Shown piece by piece: positions 27,276 through 39,369 of a stretch of 64,000 nucleotides of DNA. The position numbers and the translations under genes are program-made. This stretch comes from Eledone cirrhosa. Its lineage: Eukaryota. The stretch spans positions 39,184,001-39,248,000 of the forward strand of contig OZ024754.1 in the NCBI GenBank assembly GCA_964016885.1, written 5' to 3'. The notes under the pieces were generated by a model. It did no database searches. It saw only the letters and a list, made by a program, of their open reading frames with translations, and was not told the DNA's origin. How positions within the stretch are numbered: the first letter of the stretch is position 1; each line of letters opens with the position of its first letter.

Positions 27276-28250
27276 AAGTGAACACCTTAACCATACAGCT
27301 ATACCTGTACCTATGTTGTGAAGTGAACACCTTAACTACATAGCCATACCAACACCTATGTTGTGAAGTGAACACCTTAACCACACAACCATACCTGTAC
27401 CTATGTTGTGAAGTGAACACCTTAACCACACAGTCATGCCTGTACCTATGTTGTGAAGTGAACACCTTAACCACACAGCCATGCCTGTACCTATGTTGTG
27501 AAGTGAACACCTTAACTACATAGCCATACCAACACCTATGTTGTGAAGTGAACACCTTAACCACACAACCATACCTGTACCTATGTTGTGAAGTGAACAC
27601 CTTAACTACATAGCCATACCAACACCTATGTTGTGAAGTGAACACCTTAACCACACAACCATACCTGTACCTATGTTGTGAAGTGAACACCTTAACCACA
27701 CAGCCATACTACACCTATGTTGTGAAGTGAACACCTTAACCACACAGTCATGCCTGTACCTATGTTGTGAAGTGAACACCTTAACCACACAGCCATGCCT
27801 GTACCTATGTTGTGAAGTGAACACCTTAACCACACAGCCATACTACACCTATGTTGTCAAGTGAACACCTTAACCACACAGCCATGCCTGTACCTATGTT
27901 GTCAAGTGAACACCTTAACCACACAGCCATATCTACACCTATGTTGTGAAATGAACACCTTAACCACACAGCCATTCCTACACCTATGTTGTGAAGTGAA
28001 CACCTTAACCACACAGCCATACCTACACCTATGTTGTGAAGTGAACACCTTAACCACACAGCCATACCTACACCTATGTTGTGAAGTGAACACCTTAACC
28101 ACACAGCCATATCTACACCTATGTTGTCAAGTGAACACCTTAACCACACAGCCATACCTACACCTATGTTGTGAAGTGAACACCTTAACCACACAGCCAT
28201 ACCTGTACCTATGTTGTGAAGTGAACACCTTAACCACACAGCCATACTAC
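27276..28250 (-). repeat. 45-bp minisatellite (~21 copies) resembling a SINE 5' head
   Basis: Unit AAGTGAACACCTTAACCACACAGCCATACCTGTACCTATGTTGTG. Confidence 0.92.
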
Positions 28251-28508
28251 ACCGATGTTATACACTGAACTCCTTAACCATACTTTGGGCATAAAATAAA
28301 ATATATTAAAACTGTTATCTCTATCTTTTAGTTTATAATTATTAATGAAATAGAATTAAGTATGTACATGTTTATTCAATAAAGGAAGACCATAACTATC
28401 AAGGTTCTATATTTAGAATTTCACTTTGTATTTGGATTGTGTTTCCTCTCAAGTATTATATTTTTGTGCTACAACATTTGCAAAGTATTGACCTATATAT
28501 ATTCTGAT

Positions 28509-28844
28509 GGAGGCACATGGCTTAGTGGTTAGAGCATTGGCCCTGCAAACGAAAGGTTGCGAGTTCAATTCTCAGACTGGGTGATGTGTTGTTTCTTTGA
28601 GCAAGACACTTTATTTCACATTGCTCCAGTTTACTCAGCTGTAGAAATGAGATGATAGGACTGGGGTCCCTATCATTCCACTGCAAAGTGGTCGTGGAGG
28701 TGCCACGGCAAAAAAGCACCCAGCACTCACTGTAAATGAGGTTGGTGTTAGGAAGGGCATCCAGCTGTAGAAATCAGGCCAGAGTCAGTTCCCGTCCCAC
28801 CCTTGCAAGCAGGGAAAAGCGGACGTAAAATGATGATGATGATG
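28509..28844 (+). mobile_element. tRNA-derived SINE family A with RTE-LINE tail
   Basis: A box TGGCTTAGTGG, B box-like GAGTTCAATTC, central CTTGAGCAAGACACTT-like motif, (GAT)n tail. Copies at ~4788-5177, 5589-5924, 17944-18281 (-), 48443-48789 and 54585-54922. Confidence 0.9.
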
Positions 28845-29672
28845 GGTGATTGGACTGGTAGGAAGGTGGATATGAGGTTACTTAGATTCTACTGGACTGT
28901 CATAGGCAGGTAGGTTTAAGTGAGTTACCTATGTAGATCTTGCTGGATCTATGTATGTATGTTGGTTGGCTTGAATTGCTTTTGTAGTACTAACAGAAAA
29001 ACCACTGTGCATATTGATATTATATGCAAGTATATATGCATGTAGATATGATACATCAAATAAAATCGTAATTGACAATATACACAGAAATAAAATAAAA
29101 TACCAGTAATGTACTGGGTAATTGCTGGCCTTGTGCCAAAAAGTAGAAACAATTATTTATTCAAAGTAATCCAACTTATTTTACTAACTGGATTAAAAGA
29201 AATAAACCGTACACAGTCCCGCACTCCTTACTTTATTATAGTTTAGATAGATCTTGCTAGACTGTGGTAGCTAGGAAGATAGATAGCTTAGTAAGTTGGT
29301 TGGTTGGTTGGTTGGTTGGTTGGTTTGGATTGGATTGCTGTGGATCCTGCTAGACTGTAGTAGGGAGGTAGATAGATAAGTAGGTTGGCTTGCAGTGCTT
29401 TAGTAATATAGATCCTGCTGGATTTGCTTCATGTTGTGTACAGTGAAGACAGTTCATGCTAGCATGGGTTTGGTGAGACATTTTGAGGCAGTATCCCATG
29501 TCCCCAGATGCCCTTCCTGATACCAAGCCATACTTTATTTTTATGTTTCTTACTTATTCCACTGGTGTACTAAACTGCAGGACATAAACAAGCAACAGCT
29601 TGCTTTAATGGTATCAGTGTCAAGACACAACTTTATTATATCTGAAATCCATTGAAATATTTCCAAATTAAT

Positions 29673-29859
29673 TGTTTCTACTTTAGGCACAAGGCCAGCA
29701 ATTATCCAGTGCATTACTGGTACTTTATTTTATCGACCCCGTAAGGATGAAAGGCAAAGTCAACCTCGGCGGGATTTGAACTCGGATCGTAAAGGGACGT
29801 AACTATGCTGGAAAGCATGGCGTCCGACCCTCTACCGATACTGCCAATCCACCGTCTCA
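29673..29859 (-). mobile_element. SINE family B copy with 19-bp target-site duplication
   Basis: GAAATATTTCCAAATTAAT at 29654-29672 and 29860-29878. Confidence 0.9.
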
Positions 29860-29884
29860 GAAATATTTCCAAATTAATGAGGGA

Positions 29885-30203
29885 CAGACAGACATTCAAA
29901 TATTGTGAAATGTGTCACTAGCTACCTTAGCCAATGGTCTTTACTATGACGTGAAGATTTCACAATTTATGAAGGACACGCAGACATTCAAACGGTGTGA
30001 AATGTGTCACTAGCTACCTTAGCCAATAGTCTTTACTATGGAGCAAAGATTTCACAATTTTGAAAGACATACAGACATTCAAACAGTGTGAAATGTGTCA
30101 TTAGCTACCTTAGCCAATAGATTTTACTATAGAGCAAAGATTTCACAATTTTGAAGGACAGACAGACATTCAAACAGTGTGAAATGTGTCACTAGCTACC
30201 TTA
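29885..30203. repeat. ~91-bp tandem repeat (3.5 copies)
   Basis: CAGACATTCAAA starts at 29889, 29981, 30072 and 30163. Confidence 0.88.
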
Positions 30204-30462
30204 ATCAATGAAGCTGTTAGAAAGATTGTAACTCTTCACATATAGATGCCTATAGGTAACTAACAAACTTTTCCTTTTATATAATCAGAAAATATGATAA
30301 TGAAAAGGTTACATGTCAATTATTTAGCAAAGATATTTTTATTGAAAATTTTTATTTTTTCTCTATTTTCAATTAACAATTTGATTGCAAGACATTTTTC
30401 TAACAGCATTTTCTCTCTCTTTATCTCTCTTTATCGCTCTCTTTATCTTTTTCTTTTCACAG

Positions 30463-30630
30463 GAATTTTACAAAGAACCATTTTATGAATCTTTTGAAGC
30501 TACCCCATTACTGGCTGCCATCTTAACCTACCTTAGTTACAGCTTGTTAACAATCGTAGGTCACATTCGAGAATGGCTACAAATGGCCGGATTGCAGAAG
30601 TCCCACATGCTCAAGGAACCAAAACAAGAC
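30463..30630 (+). CDS. SPTLC2: Serine palmitoyltransferase catalytic subunit, first coding exon seen (168 bp, phase 0/0)
   Basis: Polypyrimidine tract and AG at 30461-62; encodes EFYKEPFYESFEATPLLAAILTYLSY...EPKQD; GTAAGT donor at 30631. Resembles the LCB2 N-terminal FxExFExTP region. Confidence 0.9.
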
Positions 30631-31865
30631 GTAAGTAATGTTTTATATTTTATTCTTATTTTGAGGGTGGTAGATTAGCAGAATTTGTAGAACGTCAAAC
30701 AAAATGACTTTGTGGTATTTATTCCAGCTCTTTACGTTCTGGGTTCAAATCCTATTAAGGTCAACTTTGCCTTACATCCTTTCAGTGTCAATAAAATACC
30801 AGTTAAATACTGGCATTGATTTACTTGCCTAAGGTGCCACATGGTTGGATTGAACCCCAAATCTTGTGATTATGAAGCAAACTCCTTTAACCCCACAGTC
30901 ATGCCTGCACAACATTTTCTACATCATCACAATAAAGCAGTCATATGATTGATCTTCTCTACTATTATAATCTTACTTAATCCGGTACAATAATTAGCTA
31001 ATGAAGTTTTAATGAAAGTAGTTTTGACGCTCTTTCTCTCACTCTGTGATTAGAAGAATTTCTGGAGAAATTGTGTGCATGTATGTGTTTATTTGTCTGT
31101 ACTTGTGTGTGTATGTGTGTATTTATTTGTCTGTTTGTTTGTGTGTGGTGATTGGAAGAATTTCTAAAGAAATTATGTCTTGTGTGTGCATGTTTGTGTG
31201 TATTTGTGTATGTATGTGTGTGTGTGTGTGTGCATGCTCATATGTGTCTGTGTATATATCTGTGTGTATGTGTCTTTATGTGTGTGTGTTTGTATATGTG
31301 TCTTTATGTCTGTGTAATGTAAATCCAAAGAAGCCATGTTAAATACTTGTCCAAACGATATATAAAGACATAAAAGAGATGAGATTGAGATTGCTGAGAA
31401 GATGTGAATGTTCGTGAATTTCTCTGAGTTAATCAATATACTAAGAAACCTTGTTCAAGTCTGTAGCTGTCCATTTTCCTCTTTTTGTCAGCCATCAAAG
31501 ATGGTTGTGACAGTCTTGCTAATTGAACCAAATCTCATTTTTACTGAACAGCTTTTACGAAGCGCTTACTTTAACTAACTTTAAATCCTACTTCTCTGCT
31601 GCTTTAAGGTGTTTTTCTTGGCTTTTTTTACACTTACAGAAACTGGATTTTACAGGTGGTAGAAAGTAATAAAAATTTCAATCATTAAACATTTTTTTTT
31701 TTTGTAACTCCATCTTACATTAGCAGAGGTTAACAGGCATGATTTTGTGATCAAGAAGTTCACTTAGAATATTGGCCATTCTGGGGCTATCATCATCATC
31801 ATCATCATTTTATTTTACGTCCGCTTTTTCCCTGCTTGCAAGGGTGGGACGGGAACTGATTCTGG

Positions 31866-31902
<37 letters not shown>

Positions 31903-31906
<4 letters not shown>

Positions 31907-32096
31907 GATTCAGGACCGCCAATGGGTGAGCTCCGGCTGTTTCAACAGCTAGATCCAGCTGGACCTAGCTGTCGAAATGTCCAGAGCTCAGCCGTCGGGG
32001 TCCTGAATCTTTTCATATTACCCACTCTACTACCCCAAGTATCGAGTACTCTGGTGGGTTATGGTCTACCTGGTATTTTACCACACCCTTTCTGAT
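31903..32096 (+). mobile_element. (TA)n-associated element with a 5' hairpin and ~80-bp tail
   Basis: AAAAGATTCAGGAC...GTCCTGAATCTTTT, then TACCCACTCTACTACCCCAAGTATCGAGTACTC... Copies at ~8425-8545, 19744-19890, 23355-23405, 24673-24845 and 41999-42167 (-). Confidence 0.8.
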
Positions 32097-32097
32097 T

Positions 32098-32130
<33 letters not shown>

Positions 32131-34185
32131 TAATTATAGAAAGAGAGAGTGGAGGTTATAGTATATTTGACGACCATTTACAGTGAGATACTTGGAGCCT
32201 CTGCAGAGATCTTCAAACATTTGTAGAGACTAGACTTTCTCCCACCATTCATTAAACTCTACTGGTAAAGTCTGTTGTAGCAATATTTACACTTTACTTT
32301 AAGCACAATTAGCAGTAAGTGTCATTAAGTATATTTTCAATGGAATTCTACTACATAAAGACAACCCCACTTTAATATTAAATGTTTACACAGTTAATAA
32401 AGAGTCCTTATTAAACATGTCACAGCTAATAAAAGAGAAAGGAGCTGATAGTCAGATCAAGGAAACATGTTTCTTTTTTTTTTTTCATTGTTAATTGTAT
32501 CTGTTGGTTGCAGCTCTTGGCAACTTTTGTTATATTGAACTAAGTAAACAATGTTTCCATTGGTCTTTTCATTATTGATACTGTCATCTGGTCACAATTC
32601 CTGGCCAAAGGAGGCAGGATATGAACTCAGAAGACACAGGTCAGATCAGACACTGCAAAGCATTAAGTTTGTAACAATTCAGCCAATCCATCCCATCCCA
32701 TCCCCTCCTGGACTGCTGTTAGAGTCGTTATAGGTGCTGTCTTACCACACTTTGTGTCTTGGGCCTTTTAAAACCTAGCAGATCCCATCCTTCTCCAGGT
32801 CTGAATACAGCTGACAGAGAGGAATTATAATAATAATTGTTTCTACTTTTGGCACAAGGCCAGCAATTATCCCAGTGCATTACTGGTCCTTTATTTTATT
32901 GACCCTATAAGGATGAAAAGCAAAGTTAACCTCGGCGGGATTTGAACTCAGACCGTAAAGGGGCGTAGCTCTATGCTATACAAAGCATGGCGTCTGACCC
33001 CCTACCGATACTGCCAATTCAAATTATTGCTCAGGTGCACTACAACTCATCAAAGGTGCATGTATAGTGCATAGAATAATGTACAAATGTCAGGAAAGTG
33101 AACAGTGTATGAGTCGTGATATACATGTATGCGTGTGTATGGAGGGGGGATATCAGGTGTAGTGTTGGCGAATCTCAGGGAGCATGGAGGTTTTATAGGA
33201 TGCAGTGTCTTGACAGCTAACAACTGATGCAGGTAGTTTGTTCCATGCTTCAGCAACTCTGAGCGTGAATGTATAAACTAGCAAGAGTACCTGTCACAGG
33301 GTGACTGTGCTAGAGAGAGCAGTAAAATCTCCTCCCTCAATCCCCACCGACCCCGTTCCAATTCTGTTTTTGGAGAAAAAGTTGATGGCAAACATGTCGA
33401 AGGTCACATGAGTTGAAAACACGGAAAGCCTTAATTAATACCAATTTTATTTAGTGTTTTTAACAGTCAACGTATAAACAAACTTCCTTTTTATAAGTAT
33501 AAAGAAATGGAGCAGTGTGTGTGTATGTATGTATCAGTGGCAAAGGGTAACCTGGAAAGCAGGGCATGCAGTCCAATCGCCATGGCGGAAAATGGGGCTG
33601 TGCAGCTTCCCCCCCCCCCCCCCATTCCTCTAAATGACCCTCCCCATCAAAGCCGCATGTAGTGTTATCTAGTGTGTGTTATTTTTTTGTGTCTACGATT
33701 TAGTAAGCAGCCAAAATTCTGCTTGCTTCAACCGACGTTGTCGTGTGTGTGTGTGTGTGTTATCTTTTTATGTGTCTATACGATTTAGCAAGCAGCCAAA
33801 ATTCTGCTTGCTTCAACCAACGCAATTGATCAACTCAAGATTCTATAACGCATGCACGCACCCACCCTTCGCCCCTGGTATGTCTATATATATACACTGG
33901 GAGTGAAGGATCCCTAGCCTTTGTCAGGGCATTCTTCTAGAAAGCAACTCAGGAAACTGGGATAACTCCGACATTAAACCTGCAGCTCAGGAGTTACCGA
34001 TGATGTTGATTTCTTCTTTTCAGGTTACAGCTACTGTCACTGAGAGTGGGATTGGCTCAGTGCACAGGCATTGCATGATAGCATTAATTAATTAATAATT
34101 ATTAATAATGTTATATCGTGCAATGGCCATATTGATAACGAGGGGGCAGCGATCATTATATATATATATATATAGAAAGAGAGAG

Positions 34186-34335
34186 AGAGAAAAGGTGAAG
34201 TTGGAAATAGCACAGAAAATATATTTAAGGGTCTGTTTTTCTCAATTTTTCACTAATGTCACTTTGACGAATCAAAAAAGAAAAACAGACCCTTAAATAT
34301 ATTTTCCGTGCTATTTCCAACTTCACCTTTTCTCT
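34186..34335. repeat. Inverted repeat (57-bp arms, 36-nt spacer)
   Basis: Arms 34186-34242 and 34279-34335 with one mismatch. Confidence 0.9.
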
Positions 34336-34421
34336 GTATCCACTGTATAGAACCTTACTTCCCTTTTCTTATATATATATATATACATACACACACACAT
34401 ATGTATATATATATATATATA

Positions 34422-34645
34422 TATTAAAATAACAGATTAAAGTTTAAGCAAAGAATCGCTGCTTTCACCTTTAACGGGATCTTCTGAAATTAACAAAGTC
34501 AATCTGTAAACGCAGAAGTGGATATTTCAAAAAATGTTGAAATATCCACTTCTGCGTTTACAGATTGATTTTGTTAGTTTCAGAAGATCCCGTTAAAGGT
34601 GAAAGCAGCGATTCTTTGCTTAAACTTTAATCTGTTATTTTAATA
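34422..34645. repeat. Near-perfect fold-back palindrome (109-bp arms, 6-nt loop)
   Basis: Arms 34422-34530 and 34537-34645 with two mismatches. A partial copy lies at ~26258-26321. Confidence 0.92.
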
Positions 34646-34733
34646 AATATTTGCTCTACGGTTCTTATATATTTGATATATATTTATCCTTATCGAGCCC
34701 TCTTTGGATTTTAGTCTTCAAATTTATTATTAT

Positions 34734-34770
<37 letters not shown>

Positions 34771-34951
34771 GTTCAGCAGTGTATATATCATCATCATCAT
34801 CATTGTTTGATGTCCATTTTCCATGCTAGTATGGGTTAGACAAGTCAGATCAAGTGACCATGTCTTGTTCATACAGAACTGATTCTGGTTTGATGCCATT
34901 CCTAATGCCAACCACATTTCAAGTGTTGGCAAGTTGCACTGGCTACTTGTT

Positions 34952-34991
<40 letters not shown>

Positions 34992-35060
34992 ATGATGATA
35001 TATATATATAAAAACCAATATATGGAACATTATATTATGTAACATTATTTTAATTTATAT

Positions 35061-35192
35061 TCCTTAGAGTTCCGATGAGCCACTCTGTTTTTTTAAATAT
35101 GTTAATTATTTTCAACTGAACCAGATCAATTATGATATATAGTCATCTGATCCAGAAATATTATATGGAGAAGCGAAACAATTGTAAACGGA
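35061..35192 (+). ncRNA. Degenerate hammerhead motif with long stem II (U4 replaced by C)
   Basis: TCC(ttaga)GTT-CCGATGA-GC...GC-GAAAC-AATT-GTA-AACGGA. Same ACAATTGT palindrome as the 41566 motif. Confidence 0.55.
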
Positions 35193-35465
35193 CATTATAT
35201 GCTTTCCAGCATAGTTACGTCCCTTTACGGTCTGAGTTCAAATCCCACCGAGGTTCACTTTGCCTTTCATCCTTACGGGGTCGATAAAATAAAGTACCAG
35301 TAATGCACTGGGTAATTGATGGCCTTGTGCCAAAAGTAGAAACAATTATTATTAATATTATTATTATTATTATTCTCTACATTCCTTACATCAAACTAAA
35401 ATATGTTGACAATCTTTTAATAATGTCTTCCTTGTGAAGTTTGTGGTCTTGTTTTGCTTAACTAA

Positions 35466-35546
<81 letters not shown>

Positions 35547-35852
35547 TCATCGTTTAACGTCTATCTTCCACGCTAGCATGGGTTTAGACGGAAATTGACC
35601 CACTTGAGGCAAGATTGGTCGGGTGACCATGTCTCGCTCGTATAGGACTGTCTGGCAGGTTTTCTACAGCTGGATGCCCTTCCTAACACCAACCACTTGT
35701 GTGTGTGTGTGTGTGTGTGTGTATGTATTTCACTATGTATATATAACAGATGTGAGTAGTTGGAATAAAACCTTTTTAAACTTATTAATTTCTAGTGGGT
35801 CATCTGTGCATTTCTGTTACATGAAATATTTCCATTGTATAAAATATACCCC

Positions 35853-35858
35853 CCTCTC

Positions 35859-35889
<31 letters not shown>

Positions 35890-35903
35890 ATACCTCTCTC
35901 TCT

Positions 35904-35940
<37 letters not shown>

Positions 35941-36124
35941 CCTCTCTCTCTCTCTCTCTACCTCTCTCTCTCTCTCTACCTCTCCCTCTCTCTCTACCTC
36001 TCCCTCTCTCTACCTCTCCCTCTCACTATCTATCTTTCTATATATATATATATATCTGTCTCCCAGTTCCTCTCTCTCTTTCTCTCTGAGCCTCTCTCTC
36101 TACCCTCCCTTTCACTATCTATCT

Positions 36125-36164
<40 letters not shown>

Positions 36165-37985
36165 GTCTCCCAGTTCCTCTCTCTCTCTTTCTCTCTCTCT
36201 ATATATATATCTCCCTCTCACTACCTATCTTTCTCTCTCTCTACCTCTCACTATCTATCTTTCTATATATAGCTGTCTCCCAGTTCCTCTCTCTCTTTCT
36301 CTCTGAGCCTCTCTCTCTACCCTCCCTTTCACTATCTATCTTTCTATATATATATATATATATATCTGTCTCCCAGTTCCTCTCTCTCTTTCTCTCTCTC
36401 TATATATCTCTCTCTCTCACTACCTATCTTTCTCTCTCTATATATCTCCCTCTCACTACCTATCTTTCTCTCTCTCTACATCTCCCTCTCACTATCTATC
36501 TTTCTATATATATATATATATATATATATCTGTCTCCCAGTTCCTCTCTCTCTTTCTCTCTCTCTCTATATCTCTCTCTCACTACCTATCTTTCTATCCC
36601 TCCCTCCCTCCCTCTCTCTCTCTGGTGTACAATACATGTGTTCAGATCTCACATTCACTGAAATGTCTGCCATTACCTCCCCTCACATATTTCACATTCA
36701 CTGAAATGTCTGCCATTACCTCCCCTCACATATTTCACATTCCAGTTTATATATCTCCAGCCTCTCTCCCCACTGTCAGTGGGGAGAGGACTTTATATTA
36801 ATTTCTTATGTATGTTTGAGTGTGTGTCGGTGTATGTATGTATGTATGTATGTATGTTTGTATGTGTGTGGGTGAATGTATGTATGTATGTATGTATGTA
36901 TGTTTGAGTGTGTCGGTGTATGTATGTATGTATGTATGTTTGTATGTGTGTGGGTGTATGTATGTATGTATGTATGTTTGAGTGTGTGTCGGTGTATGTA
37001 TGTATGTATGTATGTTTGTATGTTTGTTTGTATGTGTGTGGGTGTATGTATGTTTGTGTGCGTGTGGGTGTATGTATGTATGTATGTGTGTGGGTGTATG
37101 TATGTTTGAGTGTGTCGATGTATGTATGTATATTTGTTTGTGTGTGTGTGTGTGTGGGTGTATGTATGTATGTATGTGGGTGTATGTGTTTGTGTGGGTG
37201 TATGTATGTTTGTATGTGGGTGTATGTATGTATGTTTGTATGTGGGTGTATGTATGTATGTATGTATGTAGATGTGTGTGTTTATGTATGTTTGTGTGTG
37301 TGTGTTTATGTATGTTTGTGTGTGTGGGTGTATGTAGATGTTTGTGTGGGTGTATGTAGATGTGTGTGGGTGTATGTAGATGTGTGTGTGTTTATGTATG
37401 TAGTGTGTGTGTTTATGTATGTAGATGTGTGTGTGTGGGTGTATGTAGATGTGTGTGTGTGGGTGTATGTAGATGTGTGTGTGTGGGTGTATGTAGATGT
37501 GTGTGTGGGTATGTAGATGTGTGTGTGGGGGTATGTAGGTGTGTGTGTGGGTATGTAGATGTGTGTGTTTATGTATGTAGATGTGTGTGTTTATGTATGT
37601 AGATGTGTGTGTGTGTTTATGTATGTAGATGTGTGTGTGTGTTTATGTATGTAGATGTGGGTGTGTGTTTATGTATGTAGATGTGGGTGTGTGTTTATGT
37701 ATGTAGATGTGGGTGTGTTTATGTATGTAGATGTGTGTGTGTGTTTATGTATGGAGATGTGTGTGTGTGTGTTTATGTATGTAGATGTGTGTGTGTGTGT
37801 TTATGTATGTAGATGTGTGTGTGTGTGTTTATGTATGTAGATGTGTGTGTGTGTGTTTATGTATGTAGATGTGTGTGTGTGTGTTTATGTATGTAGATGT
37901 GTGTGTGTGTGTTTATGTATGTAGATGTGTGTGTGTGTGTTTATGTATGTAGATGTGTGTGTGTGTGTTTATGTATGTAGATGTG
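35853..37985. repeat. Compound (CT)/(TA) and (GTAT)/(GT) microsatellite fields
   Basis: Read directly from the sequence. Similar fields lie at 18420-18630, 22160-22580, 23714-24215 and 53070-53670. Confidence 0.9.
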
Positions 37986-38399
37986 TGATATAAATCTAAC
38001 ATGTAATTGTTACAATTCTCAGATATTTAACAATTTAGTAAATATCTAAACTGTAGTTCATTGTCACAGTTTTGTTGTTCAGTGGTGATGGTGGTGGTGG
38101 TGGTGGAAGTGATGATGGTGGTGGTAGTGGTGATGGTGGTAGTGGAAGTGATGATGGTGGTAATGGTAGTGGTGATGATGATGATGGTGGTAGTGGTGGT
38201 AATGATGTAATAGTGATGGTGGTAATGGTGGTGATCTACATTTCACATTTGACTTGGGTCTATTACCAGCTTTGGTTGCTTACATTTCACATCCGGGTTG
38301 GGCCTATTACCAACTTAATGGTGGTGGTGGTGGTGGTGGGATCTACCTATTACATTTGTCCTGGGTCTGTTACCAACTTTGGTTGCCTACATTTCACAT

Positions 38400-38750
38400 C
38401 TAGTCTGGGTCTGTTACAAGCTTTAGTTGCCTACATTTCACATTAGGCCTAGTTAGGTCTGTTACCAGCTTCAGGTGCCTACATTTCACATTAGGCCTAG
38501 TTAGGTCTGTTACCAGCTTCAGGTGCCTACATTTCACATTAGGCCTAGTTAGGTCTGTTACCAGCTTCAGGTGCCTACATTTCACATTAGGCCTAGCTAG
38601 GTCTGTTAGCAACTTCAGGTGCCTATATTTCACATTAGGCCTAGCTAGGTCTGTTAGCAGCTTCAGGTGCCTACATTTCACATTAGGCCTAGCTAGGTCT
38701 GTTACAAGCTTTAGTTGCCTACATTTCACATTAGGCCTAGGTCTGTTACC
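38400..38750. repeat. 48-bp minisatellite (~7 copies)
   Basis: Unit CTACATTTCACATTAGGCCTAGTTAGGTCTGTTACCAGCTTCAGGTGC. Confidence 0.9.
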
Positions 38751-39163
38751 TGGGTTTTTACCATAATGACAGTGTACATGGTACAATTGTTAGAGTATTC
38801 TGATCTTTCTCACTTGTTACTCAGATATTTAGGTTGAATGTGGAACATTCCACATTTAGGATGAATCTTCATTTAGTTTCATCATCATAATTACCATTTT
38901 TTCATCCATGCATGGGTTGGATGGCTCCTCCTTAGCACACCATCTCTCCACTTGTTGTGTTCCTTTGCCATCTCTGTAAGTCTCAGTGATTTGAGGTCAG
39001 CTCTCACAACATCTGCTCAGGTCTTTCTTGGTCTGCTTCTGCTGTGGTTTCCTTCTACTGGAATTTCTTGGTATTTCTTCACCCAGCGATCATCACCCAA
39101 GCACATCACATATCCATACGAACGCAGCCTTCTCTCCTGCACACCACCTCGGATTCCTCTTAA

Positions 39164-39369
39164 CCCTTTACCATTTACATTACTCTATATTACTATCATA
39201 TTTTCACAGTAAAGGTTTTATCTCACATTATATCGAAACTATGTCATTTTGATATTATTTATTTTGAGAACAATACCTTAACATAATTATGAGTGGCAGT
39301 TACAGTTGGTTTGAACAAAAAGAGGTGAGGGAATTCTAGCTGGATATGACCGGTTTAAATGCTAAAGGG
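39164..39369. mobile_element. piggyBac-like MITE inside an RTE fragment
   Basis: TTAA-CCCTTTA...AATGCTAAAGGG-TTAA. Confidence 0.85.

Noticed and set aside
28509-28585. tRNA gene
   Set aside because: A and B boxes are present but there is no full cloverleaf; it is the head of a multi-copy SINE.
38400-38786. ORF with 16-aa repeats
   Set aside because: It results from a 48-bp unit divisible by three; antisense in an intron with no domain.
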